The position numbers and the translations under genes are program-made. A stretch of 40,145 nt of DNA from Clostridia bacterium (GTDB taxonomy: Bacteria; Bacillota; Clostridia; Oscillospirales; CAG-272): positions 1-40,145 of the forward strand of contig JAFTHJ010000253.1 of assembly GCA_017457465.1 (NCBI GenBank). The letters run 5' to 3'. Below are positions 7,752 through 16,087 of the stretch, piece after piece; within the stretch, counting starts at the first letter, position 1; every line of letters begins with the position of its first letter. The notes under the pieces are model-generated. The model was not told the DNA's origin. It did no database searches and worked only from the letters and a program-made list of their open reading frames with translations.

Positions 7752-7875
7752 ACAAACGGGGGCAAAGCGATTCGCGTTGTTCGCGTTGTTGTTGTTGAGG
7801 TAGCCTGTCGTGTTCACATTCCAAGTGTTGTACGAGTTGTTGCGATTCGCACTCCGCAGGCGCACGTTCTGCGTT
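7752..7875 (-). repeat. DGR template repeat (TR)
   Basis: 124 bp aligning without gaps to 8391-8514. All 18 differences are at TR adenines on the minus (coding) strand. It translates to an Asn-rich AAY tract: RLRSANRNNSYNTWNVNTTGYLNNNNANNANRFAPVC. Confidence 0.9.
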
Positions 7876-7899
7876 CAGCCTACATCCCTATTACGAGCA

Positions 7900-8313
7900 C
7901 TACGGCAATTTTGCGTAGCGCTTATAATCAGATTCTTTCCACGCGCGGAGGAGGTTTCTGACACCGATAGTCATTTCTCCCCAATACTTTACTCTCGTAA
8001 GCTTGAGATGAAATACCTTCTGCGCCATCTGCATCAGCGCCAAGAGATTATTACAATTCCTTGCCGCCTTTTCCTGCAAGCGCCGCCTCTCCGCAAAATC
8101 TTCGGCATTTCTCACGAGAATATTGTTTGCGGTCCAGGCATCCATATAGATAGCGAGGGCTGCGCCGTTGATTTTGTCGGTCAACGAGCCTTGATACTCG
8201 GGAAGAAATATCTTTTTATTTGCGGTGATGGTTATGGTATATGTTGCAAGGTTAAGGGCTTTCTCAAATACTTCAAGCTTGCCCGTTCCTCTTAGTCCTT
8301 CGGGTACTGCCAT
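7900..8313 (-). CDS. avd: DGR accessory variability determinant (Avd, four-helix-bundle family)
   Basis: 137 aa, all-helical and basic, with C-terminal YWGEMTIGVRNLLRAWKESDYKRY. Strong AGGAGG RBS. Positioned between the target gene and the TR, as in BPP-1. Confidence 0.8.
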   Translation of the reverse strand: MAVPEGLRGTGKLEVFEKALNLATYTITITANKKIFLPEYQGSLTDKINGAALAIYMDAWTANNILVRNAEDFAERRRLQEKAARNCNNLLALMQMAQKVFHLKLTRVKYWGEMTIGVRNLLRAWKESDYKRYAKLP

Positions 8314-8344
8314 TTCGGCATATCCTCCTTCTTTAGTTCTTTTT

Positions 8345-8371
8345 ATCTCCTGCCGCGTGGCAGCAGGAGAT
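8345..8371 (-). promoter_or_regulatory. hairpin/cruciform-forming inverted repeat just 3' of the VR
   Basis: Perfect 9-bp arms ATCTCCTGC (8345-8353) / GCAGGAGAT (8363-8371). Lies ~20 nt past the VR end and 8 nt past the stop codon. No U-tract follows on the transcribed strand. Confidence 0.5.
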
Positions 8372-8378
8372 TATCAGA

Positions 8379-9473
8379 TTAGCAAATGACACAAACGGGG
8401 GCAAAGCGATTCGCGAAGTACGCGGTGTAGTTGCTGAGGGAGCCCGTCGCGTTCACATTCCAAGCGCTGGACGAGTAGTAGCGATACGCACTCCGCAGGC
8501 GCACGCTCTGCGCCGAGGTTTTTGCGTTGATAGCGTAGTGGATATACTCATTGTAAATAGAAGGGTGATAGGATGCCGGGGATGTCAACCCGAGCGCACG
8601 CTTCCAATACTCAAAGTATTCGCCCTCTGCACCTTTGAGCTGCGGCACTCCGTACATCTGCTCAAGGGAAGGAAGGAAGAACGTATCATACGTATCCTCT
8701 CTATCTCCAAGATCCTTATCGGTAACGGTGTTGAGCGCCGTAGTAACCTTTACAGGCTGGATGATGGAAAGGAAGTCCTCTCCGAAGCCCGTCATAAAGC
8801 CTGCCTTAGTAGCAAGCTGCTCAGGGGGCATATCGCCAAGATGCTGAGCTTCCCACCATTCATTTACACCCTTCTTGCTATTGAGGTACTGACGGAGAGC
8901 AGAGTGCGACCATCTGTTATAGCCGTATCTGACTACGTTGCCGCTGGTATCCTTTATAGCAGTGTGGTAGTAGGTATCGTTGGTAGGAATAGCCGCGCCT
9001 ACGGTGTAATCCGTGCCCTCTACGAGAAGCTTGTACGCGGTTTCGCCCTTATCGTTGGTGTATGCGGTGTAATACGAGTAATCGCTTCCAAAGATGCCCT
9101 CGGTTGCTACCTCGTTCTCCTTAGCATCAAACTGCACTCCGAAGGGGGAGCAGTAATGCCACTGAAGATACATACCCGGAACGACAGAGCCATCTTTCAG
9201 GGTAACGTTTCCGAAGTGTACCACATTAAGCGGTACATCGTAGGTAATATCCGCTGCAACATCCTTCCAGGGAACGATGATCTGATCTCCGATATTGAAA
9301 AGCTTAGGAGCAAGCCCCTTTCTCACAATATCGTGAATGTAGCCAAGATCGGTGATATTTGCATCAACATCACCCTTAGCCATAGCCGACAGAAGCGCGT
9401 TGCCGAGGTCCAGCGCATCTGCAATTCTTTTGCCCGTTTCATCGAGCATCATAGGTTTTGTAACCTGGCTCAT
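8379..9473 (-). CDS. DGR target protein, putative receptor-binding tail-fibre protein with C-terminal variable region
   Basis: 364 aa from ATG 9473 (GAGGAGG RBS; the track's upstream start at 9491 lacks one). The VR occupies the last ~40 codons: ...VRLRSAYRYYSSSAWNVNATGSLSNYTAYFANRFAPVCVIC. Sits at the end of the tail-fibre module. Confidence 0.85.
   Translation of the reverse strand: MSQVTKPMMLDETGKRIADALDLGNALLSAMAKGDVDANITDLGYIHDIVRKGLAPKLFNIGDQIIVPWKDVAADITYDVPLNVVHFGNVTLKDGSVVPGMYLQWHYCSPFGVQFDAKENEVATEGIFGSDYSYYTAYTNDKGETAYKLLVEGTDYTVGAAIPTNDTYYHTAIKDTSGNVVRYGYNRWSHSALRQYLNSKKGVNEWWEAQHLGDMPPEQLATKAGFMTGFGEDFLSIIQPVKVTTALNTVTDKDLGDREDTYDTFFLPSLEQMYGVPQLKGAEGEYFEYWKRALGLTSPASYHPSIYNEYIHYAINAKTSAQSVRLRSAYRYYSSSAWNVNATGSLSNYTAYFANRFAPVCVIC
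8391..8514 (-). repeat. DGR variable repeat (VR)
   Basis: Cognate of TR 7752-7875. Mismatches at plus-strand positions 8416, 8417, 8420, 8425, 8429, 8434, 8440, 8445, 8450, 8465, 8467, 8470, 8477, 8480, 8486, 8506, 8513 and 8514. In every case TR has T on the plus strand, i.e. A on the coding strand. Confidence 0.9.
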
Positions 9474-9474
9474 T

Positions 9475-9837
9475 TTAGGTATCCTCCTCAAATGTAATAC
9501 AAAGTTCGCCGTTTACTACGGTGATGCCAATATCGAGAGAGGCTACCGCAGCCTCCGCGCCTGCCTTTGCGGCTTCCGCTGCCGCGCGTGCATCTTCTGC
9601 AAGTTTCTTAGCGTTCTCCGCAGCAGTTTTGAGCGCGGCAATATCGCCGTAATTAACGACATAAGGCAAATCGGCAAGCGGTGTCTTGCCATCACCTATT
9701 TTGATAGCATATCTGCCATCATTCTGCTTGACGTAAACAACCTCGTGCTCGTAAGGGGTAACTGCGCCATAGGCTGCCATTTCCTCAAGAGTGCACGCAA
9801 GTTCTTTACGCCTGGTATAGCCGGGATTTACTGCCAT
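9475..9837 (-). CDS. tail-fibre protein with Mtd-N / hyaluronidase-N-like motif
   Basis: 120 aa. The pattern RRKELACTLEEMAAYGAVTPYEHEVVYVKQNDGRYAIKIGDGKTPLADLPYV resembles the ...KIGDG.T.W..LPY N-terminal fibre motif. Ala-rich coiled coil follows. Its stop lies 1 nt before the target ATG. Confidence 0.45.
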   Translation of the reverse strand: MAVNPGYTRRKELACTLEEMAAYGAVTPYEHEVVYVKQNDGRYAIKIGDGKTPLADLPYVVNYGDIAALKTAAENAKKLAEDARAAAEAAKAGAEAAVASLDIGITVVNGELCITFEEDT

Positions 9838-9850
9838 TGTTTTAACCTCC

Positions 9851-11068
9851 TTAGCTTAATCCTGCGATCTGTGCGAGTGTTGGAGTGGTGAGAAGAAGCG
9901 CATCCGCAAGAGAAGAAATGGGCGGAGCTTCCTGGAGGTCAAACATCCTCTCACGGATTCCGTTCATATATTCCACAAGCCTTGAAGTCATACTGTCAAT
10001 AGGGATGCGGATCTCTCCTCCGTTTGCAAGAACGAGCACCGCCGCCTCAGCTCCCGGTGTATCGTCAAAATAAGAGTTTTCAGATACAATAAGCTCAAGC
10101 GGAAGGTCAACACTATCGGTAGAGCCGTCCGTTGCCGTGAAGGTGAGCACGCCCGTTTCTGCGTTGTAGCTGATAGAGGTAAACGCCTTCTCCTCCAGCG
10201 CTCTTAGTCTGTTGGAGAGCACAAGCGCAAGCTTTTCTTCGGATACAGATCCTGCTGCGAGCTTTGCGCCCGTTACGGCTGCATCGGCAAGCTTCTCGGT
10301 GGTAATGTTCTGATCCGCGATCTTCTCCGTAGAAACGGCGGCAGGGGCAATTTTTTCGTTTGTAACGGCACTTCCTGCTATCTTAGGCGTTGTAACACTA
10401 ACCGGGGCAAGCTTCGCCGTTGTAACGGCTTCCTGCGCAAGCTTAGGGGTAGTAACGTTCTCATCCGCAAGCTTAGGGGTGGTAACGGCTGCATCGTGAA
10501 TTTTAGGCGTTGTTACCGCGCCGTCAACTATGCGAGAGGTATTAACGTTGAGGTCAATGCTCTGTGCGCTCAGGACCTCTCCCGCCTCGTTGTAGAGGCG
10601 GAGGGTTACAATATGCGTAGAGGCATCCGTTTCAACCTTCATTGTAGCGCCGCAAGTCTGCCATATATCCTCAATGCTTTCGTAGTGCTCGGCAATAGCC
10701 TGGGCTATATTGTTGATAATAGCCTGCAACGTTTGCGTTGTAGTGATAGAGGCAGAAGGGTTGAGGCGCAGGATTTTGTTTGCAAAATCACCGCTTCTAA
10801 AGCTATCCACAAGATCCTTGAGGCTTCCCACTCCGTAATAGTCCAAAGGGATGCGGATATAGTCTGCCGCTTCGTTAGAAGCAAGCACGCTCTGTAATTC
10901 GTTGATTTTCTCCGCAAGGAAGGATGCAAGCTTATCAAACCACAGTTTCAACTGCGTTGAAGAAAGACCTCCTACGCCATACTGAGCGTTGGCGTTTGGT
11001 CTATCCGCGAGGGATTGCACTCCCTTTGAGGAGATCTGATTTTTTGAAATATTTACAAGCTTCTGCAT
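9851..11068 (-). CDS. tail fibre protein with decapeptide repeats
   Basis: 405 aa. Residues 181-280 are ten tandem copies of x-x-x-A-V-T-T-P-K-[IL]. Confidence 0.65.
   Translation of the reverse strand: MQKLVNISKNQISSKGVQSLADRPNANAQYGVGGLSSTQLKLWFDKLASFLAEKINELQSVLASNEAADYIRIPLDYYGVGSLKDLVDSFRSGDFANKILRLNPSASITTTQTLQAIINNIAQAIAEHYESIEDIWQTCGATMKVETDASTHIVTLRLYNEAGEVLSAQSIDLNVNTSRIVDGAVTTPKIHDAAVTTPKLADENVTTPKLAQEAVTTAKLAPVSVTTPKIAGSAVTNEKIAPAAVSTEKIADQNITTEKLADAAVTGAKLAAGSVSEEKLALVLSNRLRALEEKAFTSISYNAETGVLTFTATDGSTDSVDLPLELIVSENSYFDDTPGAEAAVLVLANGGEIRIPIDSMTSRLVEYMNGIRERMFDLQEAPPISSLADALLLTTPTLAQIAGLS
10229..10528 (-). repeat. 10 x 30-bp in-frame tandem repeat inside the fibre gene
   Basis: Encodes VDGAVTTPKI HDAAVTTPKL ADENVTTPKL AQEAVTTAKL APVSVTTPKI AGSAVTNEKI APAAVSTEKI ADQNITTEKL ADAAVTGAKL AAGSVSEEKL. 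Confidence 0.75.
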
Positions 11069-11077
11069 ATAACCTCC

Positions 11078-13675
11078 TTACTCCTTATACCTTCCTGCTA
11101 TGTTGTATCGGAAGGAGATGTAGTACAGGGCGAAAGGCTTGAGGTATTCATCTGAATAGATATAATACTGCTTTTCTACCCATTGTTTCTCTTTCTCTTT
11201 TACTGAAAACAGGCTCTGCTCGGTAGTGATGAAAGAATAGTCCGAGAAATCCATATTTTCAAAAGAAAAGAGGCTACTGTTGATACGCGCAATTTGGTTA
11301 TAAGGTTTTTTGTTGGTACGTACTTTAATTTTTGCAGCGGATGCCTGGAGGGATTTTGTCTTTACGACAGTGGACTTTTTCACCGTGTTTTTTGTCAGGT
11401 GCGGCACTCCGCAGCAGTCCATTTTTGTAGCACAACCGCAGTGAATAGTCCTCTCATCAAAAGAGTAAAACTGCAGGGGAATTTCGCCCATTTCGTTCCT
11501 CTTGTCGAAGTTGAACGAGCATACGATTCCGTTCACCGTGCCGAAGAAAAGATTATTTTCAAGGCTTTTGACTATGCAAGCCTCGTTAAATGTTCCGCCC
11601 GTATAGTTTCCTTTGCCCTCGCAGAGATACGCCTCGTAGCGCACAAACTCATTCGTCAGCTCATCGTAAACCTCGTGTATCGCGTAATATACGCCGATGC
11701 TATAAGAGGTATCGTCAATGATAACGTTTACAAGCTCGTCAAAGATTTCAGCGGATGCAGTGCCGTCAGCGCCCGGGGCGTTGGCGATAGTGCCGGTGAG
11801 ATCCTTTGTTTCTCCCGTATCGTGATAGAACACGGTATTTGCAAGGGATATGGGTATTTCTATATGGTGCTCGGTATTGCCGCAGGTGCACTGCTTCGCT
11901 CCCTTCTTGCATTTGGTGCAATAGTGAACGTTTACGCCCTCAAACTCTGAATAGAGGCGCGTAGCATAGCGGTATTCGAGGTATTGATTTTTGAAAATAC
12001 CAATGTCCTCAAGGTAATACCACTCGTATTGTACTACTCCTGTATCGTGAGCATATCTCTGCCGGCTATCAGCCATAAAGATTTTGCCATCCACAAGAGC
12101 TATCAGGTAGCCGTTCCACTCCTCCAAAGAGGCGTTTTTCAGCTCCATATTGACGAGCTTTGCATCAATAAGGCTGGATCTGTGCTCAATAGCCCTCTCG
12201 TATCTCACGGAGAGCTGACCTACCGCCTCTACTCCAAGCCTGGAGATAAAAACGGGATCGTCAAGGAAGTTGATGCAAGCGCCGAGGCATCCGATGCCCG
12301 CAAGACCTCTTGTAGAGGGATAGTCCTTCGGGTGCAGATCATCTCCCGTAGCGTATGCAGTATGGAAATAAACAGAACCGTCCTGCTGCGTATCACCCTT
12401 CAATACCATAAGTGTATCAGCCACAACGAGCATACCCGTTATAGCAGCCATTCCTACGCCGTCAGCTACATAGTTTGTAGCCGGGAAGTAAGAAGGATCT
12501 GTGCGCCCGGTGATGTTGTTTCGCCCGCAGTAGTAGATGTTGTTAGGGTAATCAGGGTTGCCCGAAAGGAAAACGCGCTCGTCAAAAATTGCCGAGAGGG
12601 TGCAGCCTGTTATTTGCTCACTCTCGTAGGCTTTTTCTGCCGTAATTTCAACGCCTGCGTGCGTTTCGGGTAAATTCTTATCCGCAGGCTTTGCGGGGGC
12701 TTCCGTAAGCTCTATCTTGCCTTCAAGAAGGTTTACGGTGTATCCCTCTCCCTCTGTCAGCGTTTCCCCATATACCTTTACTTCTGCAATAGCATCAAGC
12801 TCGTTTTCGTTCATATAGAAAACCTTGTTTTCGCCATCTCCGAAAAAGGTGTGCTTGAATTTCGGTTGAAGCAAATTCCTATGCTCGTATTCCGCGCCAG
12901 CATCGGCGTTCTCACCTGAAGGGATGATGTTTTTGTAGGTGGTTGGAATGTAGGCATTGTCAAGCACGGAGGACACCTTGCTACCGTCATAGAGGAGGTA
13001 GTTTACGCCGTCAACGATATAAAGGCGGTTATTAAAAATAAAAGATGCGCTTTTGCGGGTGTTCATCCCGGCAAAAAGGGCATCCTCGGTTTTTATAGCC
13101 CCTTCATAATAGGATAAATACAAAACATCCTCAGCGGCAAGATCGCTGCGCTGGATAGTCAGCGTATGCGTATCTGCTTTATAAGAGGCGTTTAGTGTAA
13201 TGTCCTCGCCATCGGGCATATATACTCCTACAATTTCAGCAACATTTTCTCCCAAAAAAATGTTGAAGGTATGCACACCGCCGCTTGTCGTTTCAGATGC
13301 TTCGGGAAGCGTTACAGTTTCCTTCATAACGACACCGATGGTATCAGGGTAATTGTGCCAAAGGTAAAGCTTATTACCTGCGTGAATAAGTATTTTTGTT
13401 TGAATAGCGCCGCCTTCAGCTTTGTGCTGAAAATGGTGTATTCCATAGATCTCCGCTTCTTCGGGGAGCACGATGCGGCGGCGGAAGCCCGCAATCGTTT
13501 CAAGGGCTTTGCCTTGCCCGGATTGATAGTCTTTATACATATTTACGGCGTAGGCAAGGCGTTGCTCAATGACTTGTGTATGGTCGCTTGAAAAATCAAC
13601 GCCTCTAAAATCGCCGTAGTATCTGTTGTAAACATCTCTGCTTTTCAAGAGATTTTTTGTCTTAGAGTAAGCCAT
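11078..13675 (-). CDS. large tail structural protein (function unresolved)
   Basis: 865-aa ORF between the head genes and the fibres, tightly packed. Contains a C-x2-C-x6-C-T-C knuckle. No family recognised by eye. Confidence 0.5.
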   Translation of the reverse strand: MAYSKTKNLLKSRDVYNRYYGDFRGVDFSSDHTQVIEQRLAYAVNMYKDYQSGQGKALETIAGFRRRIVLPEEAEIYGIHHFQHKAEGGAIQTKILIHAGNKLYLWHNYPDTIGVVMKETVTLPEASETTSGGVHTFNIFLGENVAEIVGVYMPDGEDITLNASYKADTHTLTIQRSDLAAEDVLYLSYYEGAIKTEDALFAGMNTRKSASFIFNNRLYIVDGVNYLLYDGSKVSSVLDNAYIPTTYKNIIPSGENADAGAEYEHRNLLQPKFKHTFFGDGENKVFYMNENELDAIAEVKVYGETLTEGEGYTVNLLEGKIELTEAPAKPADKNLPETHAGVEITAEKAYESEQITGCTLSAIFDERVFLSGNPDYPNNIYYCGRNNITGRTDPSYFPATNYVADGVGMAAITGMLVVADTLMVLKGDTQQDGSVYFHTAYATGDDLHPKDYPSTRGLAGIGCLGACINFLDDPVFISRLGVEAVGQLSVRYERAIEHRSSLIDAKLVNMELKNASLEEWNGYLIALVDGKIFMADSRQRYAHDTGVVQYEWYYLEDIGIFKNQYLEYRYATRLYSEFEGVNVHYCTKCKKGAKQCTCGNTEHHIEIPISLANTVFYHDTGETKDLTGTIANAPGADGTASAEIFDELVNVIIDDTSYSIGVYYAIHEVYDELTNEFVRYEAYLCEGKGNYTGGTFNEACIVKSLENNLFFGTVNGIVCSFNFDKRNEMGEIPLQFYSFDERTIHCGCATKMDCCGVPHLTKNTVKKSTVVKTKSLQASAAKIKVRTNKKPYNQIARINSSLFSFENMDFSDYSFITTEQSLFSVKEKEKQWVEKQYYIYSDEYLKPFALYYISFRYNIAGRYKE

Positions 13676-13681
13676 AGTAAT

Positions 13682-14596
13682 TTACCACCCGTTTGAACTT
13701 TTGATAGGAACAGGTGTAGCATTGTAGATGCGCCTCTCTATATCAATCGCCCTCTCTCTGTAAAGCATAAGGTAATACTGCGCCTTTTCAGGCTCATCAT
13801 CCATCCAAACATAAGAGGCTACGAGAATGGGAAGGAGCGCACAAAGATCTTCGTCAAGGTCGATAACCGTGCTATCCTCGGATACTTCGCCCGTGTTTTC
13901 AATGCTTTTAGGCTTTCTGTTGTAGATAACCTTAAAAAGCCCCTTCATATCATAGGGAAGCAGGATAATTCTTCCGTTCTCAACGTTGTAGCCCTGGTTT
14001 AGATGCGTGATACCGTCTGCCTCTACAATGGGAGGAGAAGCGAGAGTGAGAAAATCGGGTGCGAGTGCGCTTATGTCATACCTGGTAAAAGGCTCGTATG
14101 CAGGAATATCCGCCTCGTTTGCGCTATACAAGTATTCGTACATAGCAACACATCTTACGGAGTAGAGATATTCGCCGTCAAAGTGCAATCTGATAGGAGC
14201 ATTTACAAAAGCTCCGTCTTGCTTGATAAAGCCGCGATACGCAGTAAAGCCCTGCGTGCCGGTAAGCTCTACCATACCGATCTTTACCCAGGTATCCGCG
14301 CTTGCCTCGTATTTTTCAATATAGAGTGTACCGTTACCATCTGCTTCAAAATAATATGACTTAACATTTTCTGCGTAGAAGAAAAGCTCATCGGTTTTCT
14401 CAAGGGGATCGAAAATCGCATCACTGACCTTGTTTACCATAGGCTTGTGATTGATAACATAAGCACTTGTTACAGGTCTGATAGCATTGACCTGTAACAA
14501 GGCTCTGTTTGCTGCGAATATAAAACGATCATCTTCCTCAAGAGAATCCTCAAACCCTAACTGCGCCACAGAATTGTAGAGCTGAGATACGGTCAT
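13682..14596 (-). CDS. virion structural protein (adaptor/connector candidate by position)
   Basis: 304-aa ORF immediately downstream of the capsid gene. No motif recognised. Confidence 0.4.
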   Translation of the reverse strand: MTVSQLYNSVAQLGFEDSLEEDDRFIFAANRALLQVNAIRPVTSAYVINHKPMVNKVSDAIFDPLEKTDELFFYAENVKSYYFEADGNGTLYIEKYEASADTWVKIGMVELTGTQGFTAYRGFIKQDGAFVNAPIRLHFDGEYLYSVRCVAMYEYLYSANEADIPAYEPFTRYDISALAPDFLTLASPPIVEADGITHLNQGYNVENGRIILLPYDMKGLFKVIYNRKPKSIENTGEVSEDSTVIDLDEDLCALLPILVASYVWMDDEPEKAQYYLMLYRERAIDIERRIYNATPVPIKSSNGW

Positions 14597-14621
14597 ATTA
14601 CCCTCCTGTCAGATAGACGAT

Positions 14622-15662
14622 TTACGCAAGCTTCGTTGCACCCGATACCGTGCCTTCGCTATGTACTGCGAGAGCAATATGCTTCCAGGTATTGAAGCCT
14701 ACACCGAAACGGCAGTAGCCGTTCCAATAGTAGTTACGAGTATGATCGTCAATATTGGAGCGAATATCGAGGGGAACACGGTTATAGAACATATTGCCGT
14801 AAAGATTCTCGTTTGCCTCGCTCGACATAATCATAAGGCGATCATCGGCGGTTTCCCAGCCGGGAAGGACAACAACGGTCCAATTACCGTACTGAGTGTT
14901 AATATCGTTGTTGTTGCTGCCTACTGTTCTCTCAGAGCCTACAACCTTCTTTACCATAGCCTCAAGCTTAGGACGGTTGCAGGGAACGATGATAATATCA
15001 GCAACGTACTCCATAACTTCGCCGTTTTCGTCCTTGAAGTTGCGGAGCTTGTTTGCGAGCACGCCAAGTGCTTCCTCAAGCTTCTGAGAATCAGAAGCAA
15101 TATCGCCGTAGAAGTAGTTGGACTGCGTGCCCTTCATCTCAGGCTTGTAATACTTGTGCGCGCTGTGGAAAAGGGAAAGACCGTCAGCAGTGGTAAGGTC
15201 AACGGTTGCCTTATTGAAAACGCCCGTGGTCTTAGTGCCGTTGATGAGCGCCCAGGAAGCAAGCTTGTTTCTCGTCTTGTAGTACGCACGCACGAACTTC
15301 TTAGGCTTGGACTTAATATCGGCAGAAATGCCGGATTTCGCATCGTCAGCCATCTCCTTAGTGATGGTAAACTCCTTCATAAAGGCGATATGCTCGATGG
15401 TCTTTTTGAAGGTCATCTCAACGGAATCGTTCTCTGCGCCCTGACCTTCCTTAGCGTGCTGGAAGGTATCAAAATCGGATTCGCCGATGATGGTTTCAGC
15501 GTATCTGTTAGACTTCTCAACGTTAAAGAGAACGTCCACAATACCCTTGTGCTTCTCCTGGGCGTTGGATTCTGCCTCGATGAGCATTTTGATCGGGTGC
15601 TCAAACTTGCCGTACATAGCATCGTTCTTACCCGACATCTTGCTATAAATGAAATTAGACAT
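14622..15662 (-). CDS. major capsid protein (candidate, HK97-fold expected)
   Basis: 346 aa. Follows the scaffold and a small decoration-like gene, and its size and composition are typical. The call rests on gene order. Confidence 0.6.
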   Translation of the reverse strand: MSNFIYSKMSGKNDAMYGKFEHPIKMLIEAESNAQEKHKGIVDVLFNVEKSNRYAETIIGESDFDTFQHAKEGQGAENDSVEMTFKKTIEHIAFMKEFTITKEMADDAKSGISADIKSKPKKFVRAYYKTRNKLASWALINGTKTTGVFNKATVDLTTADGLSLFHSAHKYYKPEMKGTQSNYFYGDIASDSQKLEEALGVLANKLRNFKDENGEVMEYVADIIIVPCNRPKLEAMVKKVVGSERTVGSNNNDINTQYGNWTVVVLPGWETADDRLMIMSSEANENLYGNMFYNRVPLDIRSNIDDHTRNYYWNGYCRFGVGFNTWKHIALAVHSEGTVSGATKLA

Positions 15663-15677
15663 TTGTACTTCCTCCTA

Positions 15678-16076
15678 TTAGAATCTGACGGTGATCTTAT
15701 CACCTGCTGCGGCTGCGCCGTTGAGAGCAACAACCTTTGCTACGCCGCTATCCTTAGTAGCGGTAACGCCGAGTGCATCAGTGGTAAGAGTAACCTTATC
15801 ACCGGGCACGAGAGCTGCGGGAACTGCACTGCACTCTACCTCGTAAACCTGGTTGGATTCTACGCGGCAGGCTGCAATATTGCGCTTGGTGGCGCTTGCG
15901 GATACTTCACCCATAGAGATATGGGTAGGGGTTGCGGTAGCACCGCACTTAGTAAGCTTTCCGGCAGTGAGCACGAGAGCTTCACCGATAGCAACCGCCT
16001 CGGAGGCGGCTACGTCAAGGTATTCAGGCTCGGGCACGTTCTGTCTGCCGTTCTCGATCTTAATGAGCTTGAACAT
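15678..16076 (-). CDS. head decoration/cement-like protein (DUF2190-like)
   Basis: 132 aa from ATG 16076 (GAGGAT RBS). Small, Ala/Val/Thr-rich and beta-type, located between scaffold and capsid genes as in BPP-1-type heads. Confidence 0.4.
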   Translation of the reverse strand: MFKLIKIENGRQNVPEPEYLDVAASEAVAIGEALVLTAGKLTKCGATATPTHISMGEVSASATKRNIAACRVESNQVYEVECSAVPAALVPGDKVTLTTDALGVTATKDSGVAKVVALNGAAAAGDKITVRF

Positions 16077-16087
16077 AGATTTTATCC

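Noticed and set aside
7554-7865. 103-aa minus-strand ORF covering the TR and the 5' end of the RT
   Set aside because: It is open only because the TR is a copy of the coding VR. It has no RBS, is Asn-rich from the AAY-loaded template, and overlaps the RT start. It is treated as non-coding TR plus spacer RNA.
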